64,000 nt of DNA from the sequence record SRR33789315_29. One strand, written 5' to 3'. Position 1 is the stretch's first letter; the number at the start of each line of letters is the position of its first letter. The notes below the pieces were generated by a model, which was given only the letters and a program-made list of their open reading frames with translations, had not been told where the DNA came from and made no database searches. This document shows, piece after piece, positions 28,731-39,036 of the stretch. The position numbers and the translations under genes were made by a program.

Positions 28731-29361
28731 GGGCGTTCCGCATTGGGAGTGGCGGCGCCCAAGCAAGACGCCGCTATCACTAATGTTAATAATGGCTAAT
28801 TTTCAGATAACGAACATTCTATTTTGCGTTACGACGCTTCAGTCCAGAGATCACATCGCGGAATTGTTCCAATAGCGTTTCTTGTCTATATGTGATTTAG
28901 GATCTATGCACACAGACAAACATCTGACTTGAAAAACTATAGCTCATATATCTCAAGGTACCAATTCCTACAATCAAAACATACTAGCGGATATTGGGCA
29001 TTAGAACCAAAACAAAGTATCGTAAAACAAACCACCTCAACCCTGAGGCAAGCCAAGTACGCCTTAACCACTAGATAACGGACATGCCTTTCCCTATGCC
29101 ATTCCACATTAGATCGGAACGCCAAATTCGGGGACCCAAGGTCTTTCACGATGCAAGTGATTGCTTTTCATCGGCATTTGCCTTAAAACTGTATCTGAAT
29201 CTTGAGCGTGCATGGCTACTTATGCACTACAGAAAAGGCAAGCGATACTGGAATACTTTAAAATCGGCAATCCAAAGTATCACCACTATTGTCCCGTTAC
29301 CTGATAATAAAAACGATTATGGTCTTAGCACGCCATAAAATTGCTGTTAGGGGACGCACAG

Positions 29362-32196
29362 ATGAGCTTGAGTGTTACTGATAGCATCTTCAAAACATTC
29401 TTTGAGGCTAGCGCCGATGCAATGTTCCTACTATCAGCGCAGGGAGTAATCCTAACTGTAAACCCCGCAGCATCAACAATGTTTCTTCGCGTCACTGAAG
29501 ACTTATGCAATTCAAATGTAAGCAGCCTGTTTAGTAGCAAAGAATCATCACCGCTAAATGAATCTATAATCGATAAAAGCCAGCCTGCTTCGGGTAAATG
29601 GGTAGGATCGTGTATTCGCGGCGATGGCTCACACTTCATGGCTGAAGTCAGAACTACCCCTCATAGAGACAACGATGGTCAGTTGAGCTTCATCGCTGTC
29701 ATCTCCGAACGAATTAAACTTGAGGAATTACTGCAGGAGCAAACTAGCCCAGAAGATTTGCTAACACGCACGGTTGCTCTAGAGAAAGTTGGTGGATGGC
29801 AAGTAGATCTGAAAACCATGAAACATACATGGACCCTGGAGACATTCCACATTGCGGAAATCGAGCCTCCCAATGAACCCCCGGTGGCCGAGGGAATCAA
29901 TCTTTTTGCACCAGAAGCACGGCCAGTTATAGCAGCAGCGGTTCAGGCCGCTATCGACTCCAGCACCCCCTACAATCTGGAACTCCCGTTCATTACCGCC
30001 AAGGGGCGAAGGATTTGGGTGCGAACTCAAGGCTTCGGCGAAATGATTGACGGAAAAGTAGTCAGGATATACGGCACATTCAAAGATATTACCGAACAGC
30101 ACAACACGGTGCTAGCGCTACGTGAGAGCGAAGAGCGTTGGAGATTCGCAATAGAGGGGTCCGGTGATGCAGTTTGGGACTGGGACTTGGTCTCAGGAGT
30201 ATTACAATTCTCTGACCGATGGTTAGAGATCCTCGGTTACAACGCTAGCGAAATCGGTTTCTCCCTTGACGAATGGCTCAGATTCGCACACCCCGAAGAC
30301 TCTGAGCGTGTGATGACTAAAGCAATAGCGCATATCGATGGCAAGGCTGACAACTTCACCGACGAGTATCGAATGAAGTGCAAAGACGGTTCTTGGAAAT
30401 GGATTCTTGGTAGAGGCCTTGTGGTCAAACGCGACGCCAATGGCGCTGCGTTGCGCATGATTGGAACCAACACTGATATCAATCTGCGCAAGCAGACGGA
30501 CTTGGAATTAAGAATTGCCGCCGCTGCGTTTTCCGCACAGGAAGGCATCATCATTACCGATGATCAGAAACGCATACTCCGGGTAAATAGCACATTTGAG
30601 AAAACCTTGGGCTACACTCAAGACGAAGTGCTCGGTGAGAATCCGTCTCTATTCTCTTCCGACAGGCACGACGATAATTTCTATAAGCAAATGTGGGAAG
30701 AGATAGATCGAGTTGGCGTCTGGCATGGAGAGATCTGGGATCGACGCAAAAATGGTGAGATTTTTCCGCAGTCAGTGACCATTTCATCAGTGCGCAACTC
30801 GGAAGGCAAGATCACCAATTATGTTGGTACCTTTATCGACATCAGTGAAATCAAGCAGGCCAAGGCGGCCATCAGCAGGCTGTCCTATTACGACTCGCTT
30901 ACAGGTCTGATAAATCGTGATCAATTAAAGCTCTCGCTTGAATCTGCTATCAAGAAACATAGCGAACAAAAAACGTTCGGCGGTTTGTTAATGGTAAGTC
31001 TCGACAACTTCAAGACGATCAATAGTACTTTTGGTCAGGATGCTGGCGACAGAATCTTGATCGAAGTTAGCTCCCGTTTGCAGAAAAGTGTTCACCCCAG
31101 CGATATCGTCTCTCGCTTTGGTGGAGATGAGTTTGTCTTGATTCTGACCAATCTAGGGAATACTCAAGAGCAGGCATCGCAATCATTACTAATAGTGGCT
31201 CAGACCATTCTTTCTCGTTTGGAAGACAATTATGCGATCGACAAGTCGAACCACTTTAGCACCTCCAGCATAGGTGCTACGATTTTTGGCGCCTCGAACG
31301 ATAACGCCACATCATTAGAGTTGTTCAATCAGCTCAACACTGCCCTATTTAATGCGAAACAAGATGGGCGCAATCGTGTCAGTTTCTTTAACCCTGATTG
31401 GCAGGCAGCGGTTAACGAGCGCGTACAATTGCTCAACGAGCTGCGCAAAGGTATCGAGCAGCATGAATTCGTGATGTTCTATCAGCCGCAAACCGACAAG
31501 GTTGGGAATATTGTCAGCGCCGAGGCTCTAGTGCGCTGGAATCATCCAACTAGAGGTTTATTGAACCCGTCAGAATTTATTGCCCTAGCAGAGAATAATG
31601 GCTTGATCGTGAATCTCGGTGAAGAGATCATGCACATGTGTCTAGCGCAATTACAACGATGGCAAAATCAACAATCTACCCAGCATCTAAAACTGAGCAT
31701 CAACATCACCGCTGACCAATTCTACGTCGATGGCTTCGCTGACAAGCTGGAAGCGCTGATCACGCAGAGTCATTTGGATGTGAGTGGCATTATGCTGGAG
31801 TTTACAGAGACCACACTGCTCAACGATATCGAGCTCGCACGCGCTAATATCAACCGCCTCAATGCGCTTGGCGTGAGCTTTGCCATCGACGACTTCGGAA
31901 CTGGCTACTCCTCCCTAACCTATCTAAGCCAATTGTCTATGGACCAGCTCAAGATTGATAAGTCCTTCGTGCAAAACATTGGTAAGAACGAAAAGGACGC
32001 CTCTATTATCCGCACCATTATCGACATGGCCCGATCACTGGGAATGAATGTATTGGCCGAAGGCGTAGAGACCGCTGCTCAACGCAAATATCTACTGCAG
32101 CATGGTTGTCAGTATTTTCAGGGTTATCTATTCTCGCGGCCTGTGCCAATTGAGGAGTTCAATGCATTGGTGACAAAGGGCAGGCTAACTAGTTGA
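29362..32196 (+). CDS. Multi-PAS diguanylate cyclase/phosphodiesterase (PAS-GGDEF-EAL)
   Basis: Several PAS/PAC repeats, RFGGDEF, AEAL, IDDFGTGYSSL, EGVET, QGY. Confidence 0.93.
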   Translation: MSLSVTDSIFKTFFEASADAMFLLSAQGVILTVNPAASTMFLRVTEDLCNSNVSSLFSSKESSPLNESIIDKSQPASGKWVGSCIRGDGSHFMAEVRTTPHRDNDGQLSFIAVISERIKLEELLQEQTSPEDLLTRTVALEKVGGWQVDLKTMKHTWTLETFHIAEIEPPNEPPVAEGINLFAPEARPVIAAAVQAAIDSSTPYNLELPFITAKGRRIWVRTQGFGEMIDGKVVRIYGTFKDITEQHNTVLALRESEERWRFAIEGSGDAVWDWDLVSGVLQFSDRWLEILGYNASEIGFSLDEWLRFAHPEDSERVMTKAIAHIDGKADNFTDEYRMKCKDGSWKWILGRGLVVKRDANGAALRMIGTNTDINLRKQTDLELRIAAAAFSAQEGIIITDDQKRILRVNSTFEKTLGYTQDEVLGENPSLFSSDRHDDNFYKQMWEEIDRVGVWHGEIWDRRKNGEIFPQSVTISSVRNSEGKITNYVGTFIDISEIKQAKAAISRLSYYDSLTGLINRDQLKLSLESAIKKHSEQKTFGGLLMVSLDNFKTINSTFGQDAGDRILIEVSSRLQKSVHPSDIVSRFGGDEFVLILTNLGNTQEQASQSLLIVAQTILSRLEDNYAIDKSNHFSTSSIGATIFGASNDNATSLELFNQLNTALFNAKQDGRNRVSFFNPDWQAAVNERVQLLNELRKGIEQHEFVMFYQPQTDKVGNIVSAEALVRWNHPTRGLLNPSEFIALAENNGLIVNLGEEIMHMCLAQLQRWQNQQSTQHLKLSINITADQFYVDGFADKLEALITQSHLDVSGIMLEFTETTLLNDIELARANINRLNALGVSFAIDDFGTGYSSLTYLSQLSMDQLKIDKSFVQNIGKNEKDASIIRTIIDMARSLGMNVLAEGVETAAQRKYLLQHGCQYFQGYLFSRPVPIEEFNALVTKGRLTS

Positions 32197-32274
32197 AAAC
32201 CGTCACTCTCTAGCACTATCGTGTGAACAGTAGCGATCAGATTAAATTTATTTTCGGAAAATTGGAGTTAAGGC

Positions 32275-34128
32275 ATGCGTTGGATATACAGTTTCGGTAC
32301 TTTATTACTATTGATGTCTTGCAGTGAGCCACAGGTTACACCTTCGCAGTCGCAAGAAGCGCCTCAGACAGAAACCGTTGTTTTGAATGAAACGGAGCAA
32401 CTCAATGCGTGGTTAGACGCGCAATATGAAGAACAATTAGGGTTTAGTCCGGAGACTCGGACGCGCCTAGGCGATAAAACTGATTATGACAAGTTGGATG
32501 ACTACACTCTTGCCGGTCAACTTAACGAACTAGAATGGCTGCGCGGTAGCGTCACCACAATGCAACAGGACTTTGATTACGACTCTTTGAATGAGGACGG
32601 CAAGTTATCCTACGATATGTGGGCCTATGGTCTGGAGCAGGCAGAGAGCCGGGTTCCCTTCATGAATCATGGCTATATATTTGGTAGAGGCGGACCACAC
32701 GCGGGTATTCCTAGTTTTTTGATTAGTTACCAATCCTTAGATACTGCAGCAGATGTGGAAGCCTACCTCTCCAGACTCGGCGAGATAGACAGAGTATTCG
32801 ATGAGCTGTTAGATCGCTCAAAACAAGCCGCTGCAGCAGGCATCCGCCAACCACGGTTTGCCTATGACTCGGCACTATCGGAGATCGATCGCGTTACCGC
32901 GGGAGCCCCTTTCAACAATAGCGACGATTCTCCCAACTCACCTCTATGGGTTGATCTTCAAACTAAGATAGAGGCGTTAGTGGAGGAAGATGTGCTTAGC
33001 GCAGAACAGGCGCAGACTTATTTGCGTGACGCGCAAAGTATTCTTTCCACTGAGGTATTGGCAGCCTACGCTGAGGTGGCGCAATGGTTAAACGAAGATA
33101 GAGAGTTCGCATCGCCAGAATCCCAGGGCGCTTGGGGATTGCCAAACGGTGAGGAGTATTACAATCACCGATTGAAACTGATGACAACATTGGACTTGTC
33201 AGCCGATGAGATTCACAACATAGGGCTTGCAGAAGTGGAGCGCCTGCTTGCTGAGATGGAGATTATTAAGAACCAAGTAGGTTACAAGCAGAGCCTGCAA
33301 GACTTTTTTGTTTTCACCCGGGAAGACCCTCAGTTTTACTACCCTAATACCGATGAAGCGCGCCAGGAATATCTCGATGTGAACAACGAGTATCTCGACT
33401 TCATCAATGAGAAGTTGCCCGAGTATTTTGGCACATTGCCAAAAGCTCCCCTCATCGTAAGCCGCGTGGAATCCTTTAGAGAACAAGACGGCGCGGCTCA
33501 GCATTATCGAGCCGGCGCGCCCGATGGGTCTCGGCCTGGGGTTTTCTATTCCCACATGTCCGACATGTCTACATTGTCGAAATTTCAGATCGAGGACATT
33601 GCCTACCACGAGGGCAATCCAGGTCATCACATGCAGATTTCCATTCAACAAGAACTGACCGAGGTGCCGCGATTCCGCACGCAATACCGCACCACTGCCT
33701 ACACCGAAGGCTGGGGGCTTTATGCGGAATGGTTAGCGAAGGAGATGGGAGGGTTTCAAGACCCCTATTCGGATTTCGGGAGACTCTCGGGCGAAATCTG
33801 GCGAGCAGTGCGCTTAGTGGTGGATACGGGCATCCATGCAAAGCAGTGGTCAGAAGAACAAGCTGTGCAATATTTTCTTGATAACACCCCTATACCCGAG
33901 GGTGCTGTTCGCTCAGAAGTAGAGCGCTACTTCGCCGGCCCAGGCCAAGCGACCGCCTACAAGATTGGCATGATGAATTTTCAAGAAGCCCGCGCAGAGG
34001 CGGAGATGGCGTTGGGTGATGACTTCGATATCCGTAGCTTCCACGATATCGTACTAGGCGCTGGCGCCGTGCCCATGCCGATGATGCGAGAACGAGTACG
34101 GCGTTGGATTCGCGAGTCTCAACAATAG
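32275..34128 (+). CDS. DUF885 family lipoprotein (putative Zn peptidase)
   Basis: Lipobox LMSC, HEGNPGHHMQ, EGWGLYAE, PGQATAYKIG. Confidence 0.92.
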   Translation: MRWIYSFGTLLLLMSCSEPQVTPSQSQEAPQTETVVLNETEQLNAWLDAQYEEQLGFSPETRTRLGDKTDYDKLDDYTLAGQLNELEWLRGSVTTMQQDFDYDSLNEDGKLSYDMWAYGLEQAESRVPFMNHGYIFGRGGPHAGIPSFLISYQSLDTAADVEAYLSRLGEIDRVFDELLDRSKQAAAAGIRQPRFAYDSALSEIDRVTAGAPFNNSDDSPNSPLWVDLQTKIEALVEEDVLSAEQAQTYLRDAQSILSTEVLAAYAEVAQWLNEDREFASPESQGAWGLPNGEEYYNHRLKLMTTLDLSADEIHNIGLAEVERLLAEMEIIKNQVGYKQSLQDFFVFTREDPQFYYPNTDEARQEYLDVNNEYLDFINEKLPEYFGTLPKAPLIVSRVESFREQDGAAQHYRAGAPDGSRPGVFYSHMSDMSTLSKFQIEDIAYHEGNPGHHMQISIQQELTEVPRFRTQYRTTAYTEGWGLYAEWLAKEMGGFQDPYSDFGRLSGEIWRAVRLVVDTGIHAKQWSEEQAVQYFLDNTPIPEGAVRSEVERYFAGPGQATAYKIGMMNFQEARAEAEMALGDDFDIRSFHDIVLGAGAVPMPMMRERVRRWIRESQQ

Positions 34129-34136
34129 CGCAAGCG

Positions 34137-34592
34137 CTAATCGCGAGACTCAAATTCGATCGCGATACCGTCTGTGGAGGTGGCCAGCACTAAATGGCCA
34201 TCCTCGAAGTGATAGGCTTCTACGTCTTTGAGATATAAGACAAGATTGTTGTGCAGAGACCCCGGCGGACAAAGCGCTGTAGTCGTGACAAAAGGGTCAA
34301 AATGCAGAGCGTCATTTTCCTGCAGCCACGAACCGTTAATGCTATTGCAATCGGAGGTGCCAGTAAGCCGATTTCCGCTACGAAAATTGAGCACATAGTC
34401 ATTAGCGTCCACCGGCGTAAAGACGAAACCACCAAGCACTGTTAATTGCACTAGTTGCCAATTCGTCCCTTCAAGGGAAGCGGCCTGCGCCTCCGCTTCA
34501 TTCGTTTCACCTTCTTCTCCAGCGGGGCTACAGGCTGCCAAAACGGCAAGAAGGCCAGTCAGGAGGACATTGCGTAATTGGGTAGAGGACAT
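34137..34592 (-). CDS. META domain lipoprotein (HslJ-like)
   Basis: Lipobox LAAC, LEGTNWQL, GTSDCN, TTALC. Confidence 0.85.
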   Translation of the reverse strand: MSSTQLRNVLLTGLLAVLAACSPAGEEGETNEAEAQAASLEGTNWQLVQLTVLGGFVFTPVDANDYVLNFRSGNRLTGTSDCNSINGSWLQENDALHFDPFVTTTALCPPGSLHNNLVLYLKDVEAYHFEDGHLVLATSTDGIAIEFESRD

Positions 34593-34669
34593 ATCACTAT
34601 CTCGAAAAAAATGGGCCAATCGGATTGGCCTAGAGAATACACTGCTAAGGCCTTCGTTTTCCATACACT

Positions 34670-36013
34670 CTAACTTTTAGTAGAGCTACTCTGGGTAGAC
34701 AAAGCAATTACTTCATCCAAAAGCTCGAACACTCCCTCTTCCTTCAGCACTCGCATACCCATTCGTTGATGGGAAACACCTGACTTAAGTAGATAGTCGA
34801 AATGCAGCTTGCCTTCACTCTCTTTAGCCTCGAAATGGCATTTCAAGATACTCTGCGAGTCCGCAAAATTTTGCTCCAACTCAATCAAGTGCGACGAGAA
34901 CAGAAACAGAGAGTTATGGATTACCTCAAGACGCTGCATCACAGCTAATGACGCTTCATATGCCTCACTAACGTTGGTTCCCTTGAATGGCTCATCCATT
35001 ATGGCGATGACTCGCTGACCTTTTGACAAGGTTTGCGCCAGTGCCTTGATTCGCACCACTTCAGCAAAAAAATAGCTCGTTCCGGTGTGAACGTCATCAC
35101 TGATAGAAATCGAGCTGATTAATTTGTCTACAGGAGTAAAGGAGAACTTAGAGGCTGGCACGCCCATACCGAGGTGCCCAAAATAGAGCGCGGTGGCCAC
35201 AGCTCTTAAATAGGTCGTCTTGCCCGCCATATTAGGACCGGTAAGAAAGAGAAGCCTAGTGGATTGATCAAGGCCAGCATCGTTAGGAATAGGATTCTGT
35301 ATTTGCGGATGGAATAGTCCTTCTCCATTGAATCGTGTAGGCCCTTCCAGAATTTCAGGCATAGAATAACCCAAGGCCTCAGTAGTATCTGCCATCGCAA
35401 TTAAGGCATCTATTTCATAGACGGCTCTCAATAACTCTGCCACCTTTTCGCTACCGTGGACCCGAAATGCTTGATCGAGGCGCAAGATCTTTAGAAAAGA
35501 TCCGCCTCGAAGTTCCTTATCGGGAACCAGAGAGAACTCTGGGCTGAAAATTATATTTTCGATCACCTCAGCGAAATGCGCCAAGTCTCCTTGTGGCGGG
35601 TTAAGTTCAATTTTCTGCAGAAAATCCCGCATCGATTGAAAAAAGCTGCAGGTGTTTTTAACCCCTTTGAAGATACGAATATAGTGGTAGTTCTCAAACA
35701 TCCGCAATGCAAGAGCACCAGTAGCAAATTCGAAACTTCCGCCTTGATTGACAGTCATTAATGGATCGCTTTGATACTGCTCAACGCGCCCGGTAATCCA
35801 AAGTCCGAACTCATCAAAGAGGTTTCTATTGCTTGCGATATAGGTAATTGATTGCTGCGTCTGAGTAATACTTTCTCTATCAGCAAAAGGCGTTTCCATG
35901 CGCTGACGAAGAATCTGAGCGCCGCCCGTCGTTCTAGTAGAGTTGCATAGAGAGTAGAGAGATTTACTGGCGTCTTCAGACTCAAATACCTCAAGATCTT
36001 TTTGCGTATGCAA
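34670..36013 (-). CDS. Short MutS-related ATPase (domain III remnant plus domain V, no mismatch-binding domain)
   Basis: LTGPNMAGKTTY, SYFFAEV, MDEPFKGTN, SSH; start uncertain. Confidence 0.85.
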   Translation of the reverse strand: MHTQKDLEVFESEDASKSLYSLCNSTRTTGGAQILRQRMETPFADRESITQTQQSITYIASNRNLFDEFGLWITGRVEQYQSDPLMTVNQGGSFEFATGALALRMFENYHYIRIFKGVKNTCSFFQSMRDFLQKIELNPPQGDLAHFAEVIENIIFSPEFSLVPDKELRGGSFLKILRLDQAFRVHGSEKVAELLRAVYEIDALIAMADTTEALGYSMPEILEGPTRFNGEGLFHPQIQNPIPNDAGLDQSTRLLFLTGPNMAGKTTYLRAVATALYFGHLGMGVPASKFSFTPVDKLISSISISDDVHTGTSYFFAEVVRIKALAQTLSKGQRVIAIMDEPFKGTNVSEAYEASLAVMQRLEVIHNSLFLFSSHLIELEQNFADSQSILKCHFEAKESEGKLHFDYLLKSGVSHQRMGMRVLKEEGVFELLDEVIALSTQSSSTKS

Positions 36014-36152
36014 ATCGATCTCGAGTGTACTGAAGTTGACTCGGTCTCGTTTAACGTCACCGATTTGAAACGGAGATGGCCCGGCGTTTATCCGACTGCT
36101 TGACCTTCTGAAACTAGACTTAAAATTTCGGATAGAGCGACTCTCCTAAAAA

Positions 36153-37115
36153 CTATCGAATCTTATCTTTCTTATTCTTGTACATTTTAGCATCCGCTTC
36201 TTTAATCATCTCATCCGCTTTTTTATCCGTATCGTACGGGAAGTGCTCTTGCCCGACGCTATATTCAATTTTGTATGGCTTGTTCATGCTCGCATTCACT
36301 TGGTCTACTGCGTCGGCAAATCTTGCTAAAATCTCGTTGGCTTTCTCTTCGTCAGAATCGGTCAGCATGACGACGAATTCATCCCCACCTAGACGCCCAA
36401 TCACATCAACGTTCCTAAAAGTTTCGAGCATCATCTCAGCAAATTTAACTAATACAAAATCGCCTTCGTGGTGCCCGTACTGATCGTTGATCGCTTTAAA
36501 TTTGTTCAAATCGAATAACAAAAAAGACATTGCCAATTTATTTCGTCGACACATCTTCAAACTCTGATCAACCAGCGTTAAGAAACCGCGCCTATTGGAA
36601 ATCAGTGTAAGCTCGTCCAGTGTAGCTAATTGGATTGATTTTATTTCTTGCTCAATCATCGCGCCAAGATCTCTGAGGAGCTGCTGATCCTCCTCGTCCA
36701 TTACCCTAGGCTTCTGATCAATAAGACACAAAGTGCCAATATTCAAGCCTTCCCTTATCTTCAGGGTGTACCCTGCATAAAAACGGATATTGGGAGCAGC
36801 GGTGACGAGCGGGTTATCGAAGAAGCGCTCATCTTCAATTGCGTCCGGAATTATGAAAAGACCGTCTTGATTAATCGCATGACCACAGAAGGAAATATCT
36901 CTTGGGGTTTCCGAGGCCTCAAGACCCTGATTGGACTTGAACCACTGCCGATCCTCGTCAATGATGGTGACGAGCGATATAGACACATTGAACATCCGTT
37001 TTGCCATGCGGGTTACTCGATCGAACCTCTCCTCGTGAGAAGTATCGAGAATATTGAGTGTTCGCAATGCGTGGAGACGTTCTGCTTCATTGCTTGTAAT
37101 TGGGGGCTTGATCAT
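36153..37115 (-). CDS. GAF-GGDEF diguanylate cyclase
   Basis: EAERLHAL..LNILDT, SFCGHAI, IRFYAG, RxxD I-site (RNVD), RLGGDEF. Confidence 0.93.
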   Translation of the reverse strand: MIKPPITSNEAERLHALRTLNILDTSHEERFDRVTRMAKRMFNVSISLVTIIDEDRQWFKSNQGLEASETPRDISFCGHAINQDGLFIIPDAIEDERFFDNPLVTAAPNIRFYAGYTLKIREGLNIGTLCLIDQKPRVMDEEDQQLLRDLGAMIEQEIKSIQLATLDELTLISNRRGFLTLVDQSLKMCRRNKLAMSFLLFDLNKFKAINDQYGHHEGDFVLVKFAEMMLETFRNVDVIGRLGGDEFVVMLTDSDEEKANEILARFADAVDQVNASMNKPYKIEYSVGQEHFPYDTDKKADEMIKEADAKMYKNKKDKIR

Positions 37116-37406
37116 TGAGCTACCTATAATCTGCCACAAGGAAAGTGACGCTTGAAAATGTAGGTGTTAATTTGGCAGTTGTATACTCGGAATAAGAGCT
37201 AGGTCCCGCACCTCGATTTTGCTTTTTCAACTGGCCTAGTTCGCTGCCTATAGAGTATGGGCATATTAACATGTTATCCATTGCTCAAGATTGCTATTCA
37301 TGCAGCAGTTTAGCAAATCGGGAACAATTTTCCGCACCCCTATTAATCTCCTATACATCTTTCAGGCCGTATTCTGCCCCTACAAACAGCGAAAATAGGG
37401 GCTAAT

Positions 37407-37949
37407 ATGAATACTTCAATCAATACTGGTAAGAATCATCACACGATCAAGAGTTGGATGATGAAAAACGCATTATTACTCCTGCTTATGCTTCCAGCCA
37501 TTGCACAAGTACAGGCGGATAGCGGTCGCGATCGCTTTAGTGGCAGCGAATGGCGACTCGGCAATCACAACCAAATCTTCCTGAGAACAGGCCGTGGTTG
37601 GCAGCGAGTGCAGGGTTCAGCAATAGCGGTAGCCGATGGCTGGGTGATAGGCACGGACCGGCGCAGTGGCGGTTACGGTATCTACCGCTGGAATGGCCGT
37701 AGCTTTGATCGCATGCCCGGTGGCGCAGTGGATATCGGTGGCAGCTACGAGCGCCCTTGGGTAGTGAACAATCGCGGAGAACGTTTTGAATGGATGGGCC
37801 AAGACTGGCGCGAAGTCCGCGCTTATGGAGTGCATCGTGATGATCGACGAGGAGAGTATCGCAATGGCAGAAACGACGACCGTCACGACAATCGCCGCAT
37901 CGACCGAAATAACGATCATCGCGAAGATCGTCGACGCCCTAGCTGGTAA
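37407..37949 (+). CDS. Secreted protein with tectonin-like WVI/WVV repeats and an Arg/Asp-rich tail
   Basis: Signal peptide; GWQRVQGSA..GWVIG..YGIYRWNG..MPGGAVDI..PWVVN; low-complexity tail. Confidence 0.6.
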   Translation: MNTSINTGKNHHTIKSWMMKNALLLLLMLPAIAQVQADSGRDRFSGSEWRLGNHNQIFLRTGRGWQRVQGSAIAVADGWVIGTDRRSGGYGIYRWNGRSFDRMPGGAVDIGGSYERPWVVNNRGERFEWMGQDWREVRAYGVHRDDRRGEYRNGRNDDRHDNRRIDRNNDHREDRRRPSW

Positions 37950-38001
37950 GGCATCGACTAAGATCGGTAATTGGACTAAAGAGCGCGATCTTGCTGACAA
38001 C

Positions 38002-38916
38002 TTAGCCGCGAACGTAGCGATTAAACCAAGCGAGTGTGTTGCGCCATGCCTCGGTCGCCGTCTCTTCGTTGTAGCGCTCAGGAGTCGCATCGTTGAAGAA
38101 GCCGTGTACGGAGTCAGGGTAGATATGCCCTTCGTGAGTAATATTCGCAGCAACCAAGGCATCGCTATATGCTGGCCAGGCTTCAACCAACCGCGTATCT
38201 AGCGCACCGTGCTGCACCAAGACCGCCGCTTTGATCTTCGCTACGTCTGCTAACTCAGGAGCGCCACCATAAAAAGGGACTGCCGCGGCGAGATCACTGC
38301 CCAGCCTGACGGCCAACTGATTGCTAACACTGCCGCCGTAACAGAAACCTGTCACGCCAATTTTACCCGTGCAATCTGATCTATTTTTCAGCCACAGCGC
38401 GCTAGCGACAATGTCTTCGAATTTTTTGTCATTGTCGACCTCACGGAAAAGCTGCCCGCCTTGATAGTCGTCCCCCGGATATCCCCCGACAGATGTGAGC
38501 ACATCGGGGGCAAACGCCATGAAATTGGCAAGGGCGAAACGGCGCGCGACGTCTTCAGTATGCGGATTAAGCCCTCGATTTTCATGGACTACGATAATGC
38601 CCGATAGCTTAGTTGGCGTTTCACTGCGGCTGTCCGCACTATAAGGGCGAACTAAGTAGCCCCTGATGTAGCCGTTGCCCTCAGGCGATGGCAGCGTCAC
38701 ATAACTAGCACTTATCCTCTCGTCGTCACGAGAGATTTGTTGCCCCATGGCATAGTCTGGCATCAGAGCTTCCACTATGGCACCGGCACTTAAGCCGGCC
38801 ACTGCAAAGCGTTTCAACGAATCTAGAAATGAACGACGACTCATTTCACCGTGAACGTATCGGTTATAAATCTCAACAGCTTCAGGTGGTACCGTGCGTC
38901 TTTGCTTTGATGCCAT
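38002..38916 (-). CDS. Dienelactone hydrolase family protein (YghX-like)
   Basis: SRRSFL, HENRGLNPH, nucleophile motif GFCYGG, HGFFND. Confidence 0.92.
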   Translation of the reverse strand: MASKQRRTVPPEAVEIYNRYVHGEMSRRSFLDSLKRFAVAGLSAGAIVEALMPDYAMGQQISRDDERISASYVTLPSPEGNGYIRGYLVRPYSADSRSETPTKLSGIIVVHENRGLNPHTEDVARRFALANFMAFAPDVLTSVGGYPGDDYQGGQLFREVDNDKKFEDIVASALWLKNRSDCTGKIGVTGFCYGGSVSNQLAVRLGSDLAAAVPFYGGAPELADVAKIKAAVLVQHGALDTRLVEAWPAYSDALVAANITHEGHIYPDSVHGFFNDATPERYNEETATEAWRNTLAWFNRYVRG

Positions 38917-39036
38917 GATGCGTCTCCTCCATTAACTATGCACAGACAAATACTTACAGCAAAAGACCTCTTACGCTATCTATTCTGTTCAATCTTGTTT
39001 AGTAGGCTAGGGTTATTACTCACGATCTCTGGGCGA

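Noticed and set aside
28770-29340. Short ORFs (28937-29149, 29084-29338) or a structured RNA in the long spacer
   Set aside because: No RBS, family motif or convincing stem-loop architecture.
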